Assembly: GCF_009914755.1 (NCBI RefSeq)
Contig: NC_060928.1
Direction: 5' to 3' (one strand)
Source: the human T2T-CHM13v2.0 reference genome, Homo sapiens
Length of the DNA: 64,000 nucleotides
Below the pieces are notes generated by a model that saw only the letters and a list, made by a program, of their open reading frames with translations, was not told the origin of the DNA and did no database searches. This document shows positions 1-24,194 of the stretch, one piece after another. Position 1 is the stretch's first letter. Each line of letters starts with the position of its first letter. The translations under genes were made by a program, and so were the position numbers.

Positions 1-137
1 AGGCTACCATGTAAGGACAGTAACCCCATTCCTGAGAGTAGAGCCTTCCAAAGTCCTTATCGCCTAATACCATCACTTTGGAGGTTAGGCTATCAACATA
101 TGAATTTTGGAGGGGCACAGATACTCAGATCATAGTA
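1..137 (-). mobile_element. MaLR (MLT1/MST-like) LTR fragment
   Basis: taataccatcactttggaggttagg...caacatatgaattttggaggggcacagatactcagatcatag resembles the reverse-complement MaLR LTR start. Confidence 0.6.
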
Positions 138-650
138 TATATTCTTACTGATTATCTGTCTGGTGGTTTTATCGGTTACTGAGAGAGGCATATTGAAGCC
201 TTCAAGTTTAACTGTTGGATTATTTCCTTCTCCTTTCAATTCTTCCTTGTTTTGGTTCATGCATTTGGGGGTGATGTTATTGAATTATTGTTATAGCTCC
301 CCTGATATATTGCCCCTTTTATCATTATGAAATGTTTGACTACTGGTGTTTCTTAACGTCCGTTTTATTTGTTAGTATAGCCACTCCACCTTCTTGGGTT
401 ACTGTGTACATGTATTTTTTCATCCTTTTACTTTCAGTTTCTTTGTGTCTTTGAATCTAAAATTTGTCTAACATCTTTTAGTTGGGCCTTGCATTTTTAT
501 CCTGTATATGTCAGTATCTGCCTTTTTAAATATTAAACAAAAATTTTAGTGTACTATTTTAATTCTTCTGTTGATTCTTTTTTTAATTTTCTTAGTGGCT
601 GCTGTAGGGTTACAGTATGCATCTCTTGTGAATGTCGTTATAAAAAATAA

Positions 651-3534
<2,884 letters not shown>

Positions 3535-4894
3535 AGGTCATACTTCTCTTTAATCTTTGCTTGTCTCATAATTTTTTGTTGAAAATTGGACATTTTAAAT
3601 AATGTGATAATTTTGCATTATCATTTTTTCCCTTGAGGGTCCTTTGTTGTCTTTTGTTTGTTTCCTTGTTTTTGTTATTTCCTGGGCTTCAGTTGCAGGA
3701 CCTGTATCTCCCACATTATGTGGCTGTGGGTGTCTCAGCTTACTTCTTCTCTTCTCCTTTTTAGTTTGGCTTCTAGAGGTCTGCCCTTTGTCCACCTGGC
3801 TGATTGGCCAGCTGATGATTTGGGCAGAGGTTGCCCATGCACCTTGAATCCACAGGGGCTCCATTGTTGGCTGTGGGGTGAATGCGCTCAGCACTCAGCC
3901 AGTTCTCAAGTCAGCTGTGTTGGCCCCTTCCTCCAGCCCGTGAGGTGTCCTCAGTGCATGCACTGTGCTCTCCTGGTCAGCCAGCGAGTTGTGGACAGCT
4001 TAAGAAGCCCTTCCGTGGCGCTCTCATTTCCAGGGTTCTCTCTGTTAGATTTCTGTCTCCTTTGCCACTCACCCCAGTTGGGACCTCAGTCTCAAGGGAA
4101 CAGAGCTGCAGGCTTCCCTATTCATTCCCTTCTAAGTTCACTGCTTTTACTGCTTCACCCTCTGCCTGACCAGGCTGCTGTTTTTGGTAGCAGGGTTGGT
4201 TTGCGCTGACATCCCTGCAGTCACAGAACTCCTGTGCCCACTGCCGACCGAGTCAGGGGTGGAGTACAGGTGCAGGAAATGGAAAGAGTCCCAGACAAGA
4301 AAGCCAGACTTGCTGTTCTTCCTTGAAGTTCTAGCTGATTTGCATGAATAAATGTGTCGCGGTATTTTCCTTGGGCTGATTTCCAGAGCCTCAGAATGGT
4401 TGCCTTTGACAATTGTGTTCAGTTTTACATTTGCCCTGAGGGAAAGGAGCCACTGACCTCTTCACTCCACCGTAACCGGAAGTCGCGTCTCTGCTTTGTT
4501 TTGGAGAATCCATGTGTGACTACTTAGAAGCAGTGTGAGCCCAGTGGAGCACAGCCATCCCCTCTCTACTCTGTCGTCTTCACTAGTTCCCTTGTCCCTG
4601 CTCACATGTGGGAAGAGAGATTTTCTGCATAGGCATAGGATTCAGAACCAGTGGCTCTACCTGAGTCTGTCTGTGGAATGAGGTACACCTTTCTTCTCTG
4701 TGCGTCTTCTTCAGTCTCAGTCTCTTGGGGTCCCTCGTTTTCCTTGCATGGAAGGCCCTGGTCAACTCAGGGTGTCAGGAAAAGCCCACTTACCTTTGTA
4801 TTTGCTTTGTAACTACTTGGCAGAATGTGACTGACTTTAATTCATACCATTTATTGTTTCACTAAATAGGTATGTTTTTTTTCTTTCCTCTTAG

Positions 4895-5146
4895 GCTGAA
4901 CAAGCTCCAAACACTTGTGAATGTCATGTTTGTAAGCAGGAAGCTTCTGGACTGACACCATCTGCAATGACAGCCGGAGCCCTTCCTCCTGGCCATCAGT
5001 TCTTGAGCCCAGAGAAGCCCACACACCCTGCACTGCACCTTTACCCTCACATCCATGGACATGTGCCTTTGCACACTGTTCCACACCTGCCACGCCCTCT
5101 CATCCACCCCACCTTGTATGCAACGCCCCCCTTCACACACAGTAAG
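4895..5146 (+). CDS. FAM193A: FAM193A coding exon (AEQAPNTCECHVCKQ...HPALHLYPHIHGH...PPFTHSK), 252 nt, phase 0/0
   Basis: Acceptor ttttctttcctcttag|GCT and donor AAG|gtaagt. Open frame matches ORF 4967..5209. Confidence 0.93.
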
Positions 5147-8100
5147 GTAAGTCAGGGCAAAAAGGGTCTGAAAGCTCACTCTTCACTGAGATCCTACAGG
5201 AGTACATAGTCAAACAAAGAAATCTGTGAATTAGCAACTTGCATAGGATAGCATCTGCTCTGGATAGGAAGGTCTCCAAGTGTTTCCTTTCACCATAATC
5301 TCTTAAGCACTGTAATTGTGAACCTTTACAGTTGTAACAATCATTAAAAACAACTGTGAAGGTCATAGTTCTTTTATTCAGAATTAAATAGAACAGAAGG
5401 ATTTTTCAGGTGCTATTTCTAACAGGTTAAACCTAGGGAATATTTCCACAGGAGACCAGTAATCTACTTGTGATCTTCCAGGGCTTGCTCTTCTTCTTAA
5501 TTTGATAGGTAAAATAATGTGAATACAACATGAGTCCTCTAACACTGGCTGGACTCTACAGGGTCTAAAATGTCTATGCTGCTTTAGCATTTAGAAATAC
5601 ACGAGCCTAAATAAAGGAAGAGCCCTAAGTGTGATGCCACAGAAAACTATAACGCCCTGCAGGTGATGGAGCACTGGGGAGGGGAGGGTACAGAAAGGAG
5701 AAGCTGCCAGAAACCCAGTGTGAAGAGCCCATTCAGGAAGTGGAGTGAGGATGTAGAAATAAGTTGATTTTTATGCATTTCTTCCCAGAGAACCTCATGT
5801 GTATACTTAGTATCTTAGACTTTACAGTGAAATTCTTAGGCTGGTTTCTTTCTTTGGACCTTAGATAGCTTTGCCTCTCTAGTTATTTTGAGCTTAACTT
5901 TACCAGAATGACTCACCGTAATTCTGATTGTTTTCTTTTTTTTCTTTGTACCAGTTATTCTTGTCCAAAGGTAGCTCTAATCAGTCAAAAATATAATTTA
6001 TTTCAAACCCTAATTTATTATTTAAAACATTGCTTTTGAGCTGGAACAGAAAGGGAGGAGGACATGACATGGAATGATTTTTTCCAGACCACAGTTTTTC
6101 CAAACACATGTGTGTTTTCTCCCCTCTAGGGGTCACTGTGAAGTGGGGTACATGTAGCCCATAAGTGAGGTTTGTTGTCTCTTTGCTAGGGAGAGGCGTA
6201 GGTGGAAGATTAACAGACACAGGTTTAGAATAGAGTGTAATAAGTTTGCCACATCTATTGTAATTACTTGGCACAACCATCCAAATTCATGCTTAAATTT
6301 TGTTAGATTGAATATTGCTCAGTTTGAACTTTTAATGATGTCTTAATAATAGAATGCTTTTTAATAACATTTTTCAGGTATGTAGTCAGAACCAGGCTAT
6401 CTTCATGGTCCGCCTGGTTTGTAGCCTGATTTTCTCTGGGTGTAAAGTGAGGAAGGTTTCCACTCCCTGCTGTAGCCTGAAGAGAGCTCTATTACCTAGT
6501 TCCAAGAAAAGATAATATTCTGTTAGATGTTTTTGCTGCTGGAAGCTATTCAAGAATTAGTTCCGAAAAATAAGTAAGATAGTAAAATTGATTATTACTA
6601 AAGACTGTGGGGCCCCTTTGGTTAAAAATTGATTATTTTCCCGGGCTTTTGGCCTTTTCTTAGGAAATTAGAGATCTATATATGGGTAAAAGAAGAAAAA
6701 CATGTTTTAGGAGCATCATTTGTATCTAATATCTGTTCTCTTGATACCTGTTAAACTTTAATCATATAGAAAGATTTGAATAGAAAAGCAAATATGGAGT
6801 CAAGCCATATACGGTAGAGGTATAGAAACTTAGAAATTTATAACTAAACGTTATTTCTACCACTTCAGCAAACTGAAGACTATTCACTGATTCATTTAAA
6901 ATATGTGGTGGCCATTATTATGTGGAAACATAAGATACAATTATCAAAATACTTCATTTGCATCTGGTATGAAAATGTTCGTTTCTGTAAACAAACTTGA
7001 ATTGTCACTTACCAGGTCTTACAAGATTAGTTTGTGTTATTTGACTTAGTTTGGCTTAGTTGGATGCTGTTGACCACATCTGTGCCTAAATGCATAATGC
7101 GTTAGCAGCCCTGAAGGGGTCTCCTGGTCCACCAGTGAGTTGTGGACAGCTTAAGAAGCAAATGAGCTATATCAGAATTGCACAAATTTCAGTGACATTG
7201 GAGGAAGTTTCTTAGAGATAATCAACAGCAGGATTGTTGGGCAAGAAGTTCTGAATGTAGGGAGCAGAAGGTGGGTGCTGAACGTGGAGGGGGCCTTGTG
7301 TACTGTGTCTGCCATCACTTTTGCATTGTTGGGGCCTTGGGGAGTTTCTGCTGTGCTGGGGTCACAGTTTTTGCCTTTTGGCACATTATGTCATTGTAGT
7401 TGTAATTCTTATAATTCATATTTTAGGCTTTGTGGGTAAATATTTAGTACCTAAAAAGTTTAGCATGGGTACTATGAAAAATTTATTTTCTGGCTGGTTG
7501 TGGTAGCTCACGCCTGTAATCCCAGTGCTTTGGGAGGCTGACGTGAGAGGATTGATTGAGCCTGGGAGCTCAAGACCAGAGCAACATAGTAAAACCCTGT
7601 CTCTACCAAAAAAAAAAATTCTTGAAATTAAAAAGACTTGAAGACTAATTTCTGTTTTCAAGTGTCTCCATACCAGTGACATACCGAATTTATATATGGA
7701 GTATAAGTTATTTGAAAGTTCAAAGTATTGCTGAGAAAAATACAGTAATGAAATACTACATAAAATAAAAACTGTAAGTGCCAGAGAATTTAATTTCCAA
7801 ATATTTGGGGATCTCCCAACTATCTTTTTGTTACTGATTTCTACTTTAATTCCATTGTGATCTAAAAGCATGCAGTGTATAATCTCTGGTTTTTTGAGTT
7901 TATTAAGGTATGTTTTATGGCCCAGAATTTGGTCTGTCTTGGTGAATGTTCCGTGTGAGCTTCAGAGGAATATGTGTTCTGCCGTTGTTCAGTGAAGTGG
8001 TCTTCAGATGCTCATTATGTCCAATTGATTGATGGTGCTCTTGAGTTCTGTCAGTCAGCAACTATGTTTTGACTGATTCTCTGCCTGCTGGATCTGTTCA

Positions 8101-8391
8101 TTTCTGATTGCGTGCCCTTGAAGACTTCCATTGATTCATCGGTTTCTCCTTGCACAGTTCTATCAGCTTTTGCCCTACAAAGTTTGATACTCTGTTATTA
8201 GCGGCACACACATTGAGAATTGTTACGTCGTCTTGGAGAATTGACCCTTTTTCATTATGTAATGCTCCTTACTACCACTGGTAACTTCCCTTGCTCTAAA
8301 GTCTGCTCTGCCTGAAATTAATATAGCTCCTCTAGCTTTCTTTTGGTTAGTGCTAGCATGGTATATCTTCCTTCATTGCTTACTTTTTGAA

Positions 8392-16357
<7,966 letters not shown>

Positions 16358-19099
16358 AAGATTTTCTCTTTTTCTTTGGTATTCTGCAGGTTGAATAGAA
16401 TATGTCTTCATGTAGCTTTGGGGGTATTTATTCCACTTGATGTTCTCTGAATTCTTTGGATCTGTGCTGTCAGTTGTTAATTTGGAGACTTTTTAGCTAT
16501 TACTACTTCAACTGTTTCTCTAGTCTCTCCTTCCAGCATTCCACTTACCAGGTGTTATATCTTTCGAAACTGTCCCACAGGTTTTGGATGTTTTGTTCTA
16601 TTGGGGATATTGTTTCTGTTTTTGTTTTTAATTCTTGTTTCTCTTTGCCTTGCAGTATGGGAAGTTTCTGCTGACATATCTTGCAGCTCCCTGACTCTTT
16701 CCTTGGCCGTGTCGTCTCCTGATGAGTCCATCACTGATAGTCTTCGTTTCTCTTAGATTGTTTTTATTGCCAGCATTTCTTCCCATCTCTCTGCTCACAC
16801 GGCCCCCTTGTTCTTGCATGCTGTCTACTTTTTCCATTAGAGCCTTTGGCCTACCAATCATTTTCAATTTCCTGTATGATAATTGCCATCCATGTTATCT
16901 CCATGTTCCTGCAACCATTCAGTTGTCTCTCTCAGCCTCTGGTGAGATTGTTGTTAGACCTTCTTCTGTTCTGCATTCCTAACACTCTCTTGCATGTTTC
17001 TCATCTCCTTTTCTCCCAGTTCCATGTTCTGAGAACTTTTTTGGGATCAGTCCTCCAGTTAAGTGATTCTGTAGTGGTGCCTAGCCTGCCACTTAAGTCC
17101 TGATTCTGACTATATTTATTATTTATAAGTTTTAATTTACTTTTTTTTTCCAAAGATACTTAGTAGCTCTTTATATTCTCTTGTTCCTTGTTTTTTTTTT
17201 CTTTCTTTAAGCATTTCACACATAGTTATTCTGTGTTTGAATGAAACCTTGAGCATCCAGATTCGTTTTCTGCTGATATCACCTGTGATGTATTATTTCC
17301 TTTTGCGGATGGAGTATATTAGGAGGTTATGTTTTGCTCAGCTTACTCTGTGAGAACCACAGCCCTCCATAGCGGATGCTTCCCTGTGAGGGTTGGCGTC
17401 TGCTGATGCGAGAGCTGCCTGAGACCTGGGCTCCTCTTGAGGGCCTCCAGACTGCTGCCCCCACACGTCACTGTGGCGATGGTGTACGGCTGTTCCTTCC
17501 CCTCACCTCCACCTCGCTTCTCTCATGACCTCCTGATACTTCTTTTCATCCTTTGCCTTTGTCGATAGCAGTTGGTTACCAAAGTGTTCAGTGTCATTTC
17601 TCTCAGATCTAGAGCTAAGTAGCCCCTCTTACCTAGCAAGGCCCAGACCAGGGGGGAAGAACGGCCTTCAAGAGAAGAGCAAAGCCGAGCAGGTGCGGCT
17701 GCATTTTGCTGCTCCTTCCACGTGGCCTAGGAGTAGGAAGTTAACGACTACAGGGCCTGAATCTATACCGGAACCCAAGGCATGTGACTTTGAATCCTGG
17801 GTCTTTTTCATCCAACACGGAGGATGTACTGTGAAACAGTTGGTGTACTAAGAAACGGCCTAGAAGTGAAGACAGGGATGTCTCTAAGTCTCCACTGAGA
17901 ACTTTGCAGTGGAGCATTTGCAGTGGCCACTGGGTTCTGGCCCTCAGGAGTTCAGTGTATCAAGTGGAGCCTGGTGACGTGGTGTAAGGGGAGGACCGGG
18001 TGCCAAGTAGCCTTGGTCCCTTGTTAGCTTCGAGGGCCAGGGTGTATCTTTACACTCCCTCTCTGGGTTACTTTGAGACTTAAGTAAAACCACTGGAAAC
18101 GCATTTAATACAGTTAAAATATGATTCAATTAAATATAGTTTAAAGTATAAGTGCAGATTTAGATTGGGCAGGTAAAGCTATGTGGATAATAGGGTCATA
18201 AATAGGTTGCAATATGGGGATCACATTGTGATCTTCGACCTGCATGTTCTTTTAGAGCTGAGATTCAGCTCTTCCAGCCTGAAAACTGGCACAGCCAAAG
18301 CAAAGATGGTCCTTCGCCTCTTTACCAATCTCTGGGAGAAATACCAAAAAACCTGTTAAGCAGAAATACAGAGAGTCTGTCATCTTAACCTTTTCGTTAC
18401 TGGGGATACAACTGGAACTCATTTTTGCTCGGATGCTTAGTGTTGGGAACCTCTCACGTGTGGGCCTCATGACTCAGTCTGCGGCTCTTGCTCCTCATGT
18501 CTTGCACCCATGTTCCATGTCCGAGTGGGTGTGGGTGGTAGAGGACAGGCGAGTCACCCAGCTCCTGGATAAACTCAGTGTGTGCGCAGTGGAAAGCAGT
18601 TTGTTGTGTTTGCATATTTGTGTCAGAGCTTTCATTTAAAGCAACAGTTTTCCTTTTCTATGGATTACTTCTTTTGTCTCAAAGTGGATAAAAATGCAAA
18701 ACTTCTGCTAGTTGAAGCTTTGTGGGTTTGTATAACGAGTGAAATTGGTGTTCTGATTCAATAGCGTAGTCCACGTTCTGAGAGAGTTACTTTACAGTTA
18801 TATCATTGGTGGACTTATAAAGTCATGGTCCAAAAATGGTCTAGGTGACAGACACCTATTTTTTCCTGAAAGAAATCCATAAGCTATTGAGGTCAGTAGG
18901 CATCTTCTGCAAAAGCATTAAAGAAAATACAACTTTTTTTGTTACTGATCCCTGTTACTTTTGTCCCTACAACTGGGCTTCCGTTTTTGAGTGTGTGGGG
19001 TTCTGAATAGTGTGTAAATCAAATGCGTAGAATCATTGCCGTATGTTTCCAATATTACAGTTATATAGATGCATTCCCTTATTCCTCTAAGCTAGACAC

Positions 19100-19390
19100 T
19101 GTTCAGCAAACACTTATTGAACACCCAATATGTGCCAGGCCCTGTGCTAGACTCTAGGAAGACAAAAATCGGTTAGTCTTGGCCCCTCTTTTCAAAGAGT
19201 TCACAGTCTAAAGAGAAGACAAAAACATAATCAAAATATCAAAATGTTGTGACTTACAGATGCTAGGCAGAAAAGTAACACCGAAGAGAGAAAATTTTAA
19301 ATGAGCCCACGGGTGGTTTTGCAGAGGAGGTGATGCTGATGAAATAGGGTTTTGAAGCATAAGCAAGAGCTCTCTGAACACACATGGGTG
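19100..19390 (-). mobile_element. L2 3'-end fragment
   Basis: ttcagcaaacacttattgaacacccaatatgtgccaggccctgtgctag...gagttcacagtcta is a typical L2 terminus. Confidence 0.7.
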
Positions 19391-20079
19391 GTGGAGCCCA
19401 GGCTCTCAGCCAGGCTTTTCAAACCTGAAACCAAACAACTCATGGTCGTGTCTTGAGGAGTCCAGGAGGCACTTAACGTAGCTTCAGAGCCCTGAGAGTG
19501 CTTCTAGTCATGGTTTACCAGCTGGGCCGGCACAATGGGACTGCTGCTCAAAGCTAGCAGTTTGGCATCTGTCACGGGCTTCTGCCTTTTACAAGAAGGT
19601 CCTCAAGACCAAGAAGTCTTCTACTTGTTACTTTTTGTCAATTACTTCTCAGCAAAGCAGCTCTTAGCTTATCGCTGCTTTGTAGAAATGGGTATCTATT
19701 GAAATACGTTTTTTTATTTTCCTGGCTCTTGTCCCATGGGGCTCCCTTACCAAAACAATGACTTCAGGCCCTTTACTGTATCCTGGGTGGCCCGTCTGGA
19801 CCTGTTTATTCCTGCTGTTGAGTCCTGAGTGTCTGCTCTACCCTCCTCTCCCCCTTTGCCTTCCTGGGCCTGTTCCAGGTCAGTGGACTCGCTGAGCTGT
19901 CCAGCAGCCCAGAGGGGAGTGCTTCCTCTCTGCTCCGAAGCACTGTGGAAGAAGGGCAAGGTGGAAAGGTTTGGTCGGTTGGTCAGGTGTTTTGTGTCCA
20001 GGGACTCTATGTCTATATAAGTAGTCTCTATATAGTAGTCTCTAAGACTATTGTCCTAGAAAATCAAAGCAGTGCACCA

Positions 20080-20265
20080 TCACACTCACTGAATACTTAC
20101 TATGGGCCAGGCAGTGTGCTCAACTCTTACCATACCCCTGGAGGTAGGTATTTCCAGATTACAGATGAGAAAACTAAAGCACAAAAAGATTGAGTGATTT
20201 GCCTGAGGTCACACAGCTAGCAAAAGGGAGAGCTGGCATCCGAGCTCGCCAGACTCCAGAGCCCA
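20080..20265 (-). mobile_element. MIR
   Basis: Core ttacagatgagaaaactaaagcaca...gatttgcctgaggtcacacagctag. Confidence 0.8.
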
Positions 20266-20329
20266 AAGGCCAAGACGTGGGACTAGAGTTCAGATCTAGC
20301 TGTCACCTGACCGTGCCTCCTCATAGTGG

Positions 20330-21500
20330 AGCCAGCAGTGGTAGCTCCTGGACTAGATGTGCAGTCCCAGCTTTCATCTTGATAGCTCCAGAATTCCTCC
20401 TTTCCTTGCCACCTTCACTGCCATTGCTTCATCCTTTCTCATCCCCTGACTAACCTACTCGTCCTCCTTCCGCCTTCTGGTTCATCCACAGCATTGCCAC
20501 AAATTGATCTTTCCACAAAGCTGACCAAATCATCTCACTCTGCTGTTTAAATCCCTCTGTGACTCCCCAGCCCCTTCAGAACAAAGTGGTACAAAGTTGT
20601 CTTTGGCCTGGCTGCTGCCCACACTCAACCTGGAGCCTGTCAGGGTGTAGCACTGTCATCCCTGTACGTGCGCCATCCCTTTGCTCCTAACCTCTTCCTG
20701 TCCTCCCTCTGCCCCAGCCAGGCCAGCAGGATTCTGCCGAACCATCGCCCATTCTTAAGAACCCTCCAGGGAACCCTCCCGCTTGAGTTTAAAGAATTCA
20801 CTACTCATTTCTGCATCCCAGAGGATGTGATGACCAGGTTGCCCATAACTGGGCACTTCTCCTCTCCAGCAGACAGAAGTCCTGCTGAGGGAGAACCGTA
20901 TGTCTGCCCAGCATTAGCAAGGACTGGGGGAGAAGGGCCAGGACCCAGATGTCCCACCTCATCCTAGAGCGCATATAATTTGGGGAAAGGCAGACATCAA
21001 ACCAACAGGCTACAAGTAGGTCTCGAATTATAACTGTGGTAAGTGCTAAGAGGGAAAATGACGGATTTTAGTGTGTTCAGTGGGAAGGCTCGCCTTGGTC
21101 TTGGGTGTTGGTTCCTGGGAGGTGACAGCAAAGGCAACGCCGGCTTCTCTGAGGAAGCGATCTTTAGGCCGAGGCCTGCAGGATGAGTGCGAGTGTGGTA
21201 ACGAGCTGAGGCTTGCACATTCTAGAGCATGGACACAGCACAAGCAGAACTTAGGGCCAAGAAGGTGAATAGGCGTGTGCCGGCCAAGGGGAGGCCTGTG
21301 TGTCCAGGGCTTTGGTGAGCAGGAAGGGTGGAGGTGGTGGGCCCAGCTCCCTTGGAACTTTGCAGGCCAGAGCCTTGGGAAGCCATTGCTGCATCCTGAG
21401 CAGGGGAGTGACATGCTCGAATTTACATTCAACAAAGATCACTCTGGCTGTAGTGGGGAGAAGGACTGGGAAGAGTTCGTGGTGCAAATGTGCAGGCTGT
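20330..21500. mobile_element. Degenerate L2 fragments in both orientations
   Basis: atcatctcactctgctgtttaaatccctctgtgactcccc (+) and gagcaggggagtgacatg...aaagatcactctggctgtagtggggagaaggactgg (-). Confidence 0.5.
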
Positions 21501-22270
21501 TGCACTGCGCCACTGTGAGAACATGGTGCTCAGGATCTCCTAAGGAGGTCAGCAGCCAGGGCCTGTTGCCTGGATAGTGGCTGAGGCAGAGGGAGGACCC
21601 AAGGGGGCCCCAGCCTGTGCAGGAGCAGCCAGATGGCTAGTGGCTCAATAAATGCATGGATGTTGGCTAGCCAGCTGGCCAGACCCTGCTCACCTTCCCT
21701 TGGTGCCTTCAACAATGGTCTGCCCCACAGGGCCCAGGGCGGGGCTTGCCAATGAGGCAGCTCCTTTGAGAACGCCCTGGTCTTTAGAGCACAGTATACA
21801 AATTTCTCTAGGTCATTAGATTTGTGCTGTACCTTGCCTGGGTATAAGAGGTCAGTGTAAGGGTTTTATCCATTTTCATCAGTGATTCCAAAGTTGACTT
21901 ATTAGTGATGATCATTAAAATGCTTGCTGAGATTAAGCCGTAGAAACAGATCTTACGACGCACATGGCACACTCACATGTGACCCAGTAGGAATGTGAGA
22001 AGTTACTGAGTTGTCTAAAGTTTGTTCAGATATACTCCTCAAGGCATCGGTTGCTTTTCATATCTACATCTGGTTGAAATTTGACCTGTCGTGTACAGTC
22101 TCATAAATCAAGTCCATGTTTTGTGAGATGTGCTCCCCCTGGGCTGAGCTCAGCTCATGGCGAGCACATCCCATGAGGCTCATAATGAATTGTCTGTCTG
22201 TAGTTTAACTACTTACCTAGGTAAACAGAATATTAATTTTGATATGTGATTAGAAAATTTTTTTTTGTAG

Positions 22271-22469
22271 GCTTTACCGCCAGCACCTGTTCAGAATCAC
22301 ACAAATAAGCATCAGGTATTCAATGCATCTCTTCAAGACCATATTTATCCGAGCTGTTTTGGGAATACTCCAGAGTGGAATAGTTCTAAATTTATAAGTC
22401 TTTGGGGATCAGAAGTGATGAATGATAAGAACTGGAATCCTGGCACTTTCTTGCCAGATACAATTTCTG
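22271..22469 (+). CDS. FAM193A: FAM193A coding exon (ALPPAPVQNHTNKHQVFNASLQDHIYPSCFG...FLPDTIS), 199 nt, phase 0/1
   Basis: Acceptor tttttttttgtag|GCT and donor TCTG|gtaagg. Translated by hand with no stop; absent from the ORF track. Confidence 0.9.
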
Positions 22470-23097
22470 GTAAGGAATTTGTTAAAACTTTCTTGAAGTT
22501 TTAAAATAACCTGAGTAGACTGACATCTTTGCCGTAGTCTCCCGTGGAAGCCCTGGCGCAGCTGTAGCCAGCTGCTGCTCCACCACCTCTGTCTCCAGTG
22601 GGAGGCCCCTCGGGGCTGTCATCCTACTCCATCCTCTCGCATCTGCCACCAGTCGGTCCCACTGTGTGACAGAGCGGAGCAAGACTCTGGCTCCATGGCT
22701 GCCCGTCAGCCCGGTGAGCCACATGGGCGTGGCCTCAGCGCTGCTGAGGGTCTCGTGACCACGGTCGGGTGCCCGGCCTTCAATTCTCGAGCAGTGGTGA
22801 CAGCCAGACCTCAGCCCCCCCGGTGCACAGGGGCAGGAAGAAAGTGCCACAGTTGACTTAAATCTGTGACTCACACTCCTTCCTCTGGTTACTGCATTGG
22901 CGCCACGTGGCATCTCTCCCCTTTACTAGCTCCTTACTCCCCAGCTGCCTCAGCCACTGAGGCCCAGCCGTTACTTCAGTCACAGGGTCAGGGGCACCTG
23001 AAAAGGGGCTGGTACCTACTCCTCATCTCTGTCTTCCTGCGGCCAGAGCTCCTGGCAGCCCCACACCCAGCCCCTGCATGTGCCAGAACAGCAGGCT

Positions 23098-23300
23098 AGA
23101 CTTGACATCCTGATCTGTGCTTAGGAAGGATTTCTAGCTGTGTGACCTTGGGCAAGTTGCTTGGCCTCTCTGAGCCTCAGTTTCTTCATCTTCTTAGGAT
23201 GGGAGTAATAGTACCAACCTCAGAAAGTAATTTTAAGACTTTACGTAACTTTGGAAAGCACCTAGCACAGGAATTGGCACATAGTAGGTGCTCAATACAA
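23098..23300 (+). mobile_element. MIR
   Basis: ctagctgtgtgaccttgggcaagttgcttggcctctctgagcctcagtttcttcatc...ggcacatagtaggtgctcaata. Confidence 0.85.
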
Positions 23301-23462
23301 TTTTTTCTTAGATTAAAAGCTAGTTGACTTAGTGTCATCCCAGTGGGATCCTGACTTCAGTAGCACCCCCAGTATCAAGTGTTCAGTCATCAGCATGTCT
23401 TTTAGGGTTTAGCTAAGTATGATTGCTGTCAGAAGCCTTAATTTTCCTGTTCTTCTTTGAAG

Positions 23463-23735
23463 GGAGTGAAATATTAGGGCCAACACTCTCAGAAACAAGA
23501 CCGGAAGCCCTTCCACCTCCATCTAGCAATGAAACACCTGCAGTCTCGGATAGTAAAGAGAAAAAGAATGCTGCAAAAAAGAAATGTTTATACAATTTCC
23601 AAGATGCTTTCATGGAAGCAAATAAAGTTGTCATGGCCACGTCATCAGCCACGTCCTCTGTGTCCTGCACAGCTACCACAGTGCAGTCCAGCAACAGCCA
23701 GTTCAGAGTGTCATCCAAGAGACCTCCTTCAGTAG
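23463..23735 (+). CDS. FAM193A: FAM193A coding exon (GSEILGPTLSE...KKCLYNFQDAFMEANKVVMATSS...RPPSV), 273 nt, phase 1/1
   Basis: Acceptor ttcttctttgaag|GG and donor GTAG|gtaagg. Matches ORF 23423..23746. Confidence 0.92.
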
Positions 23736-23993
23736 GTAAGGCTTGAAGGCTCACTGGCCCTCGGGGTCTGCAGGAAGGCTGGGCTTACTGACTTCTCGTC
23801 TTTGTAACTCATCTTTGTAACTGCCTTTTACTTGGCCTAGCCAGAGGCGTAAGTGTAATTAACTGCCCAAAAATGCTCACACACAGAGAGCTGATCCCCT
23901 AGGACTTTGATTAGAATTTTAGCTGTTGTGCTAGATTCCTCTGGGGCTTCGCTGCACTGTCTTGCTTTTGTCTCTGTTTCTGTTCTTCTGTGA

Positions 23994-24194
<201 letters not shown>

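Noticed and set aside
3658-4209. 183-aa plus-strand ORF
   Set aside because: It has a non-ATG start, low-complexity Leu/Ser/Cys composition and lies in degenerate L1-like sequence.
5930-5976. Strong pyrimidine tract plus cag, followed 16 nt later by AAG|gtagct (possible microexon)
   Set aside because: The donor is weak, the length would frameshift, and there is no other support.
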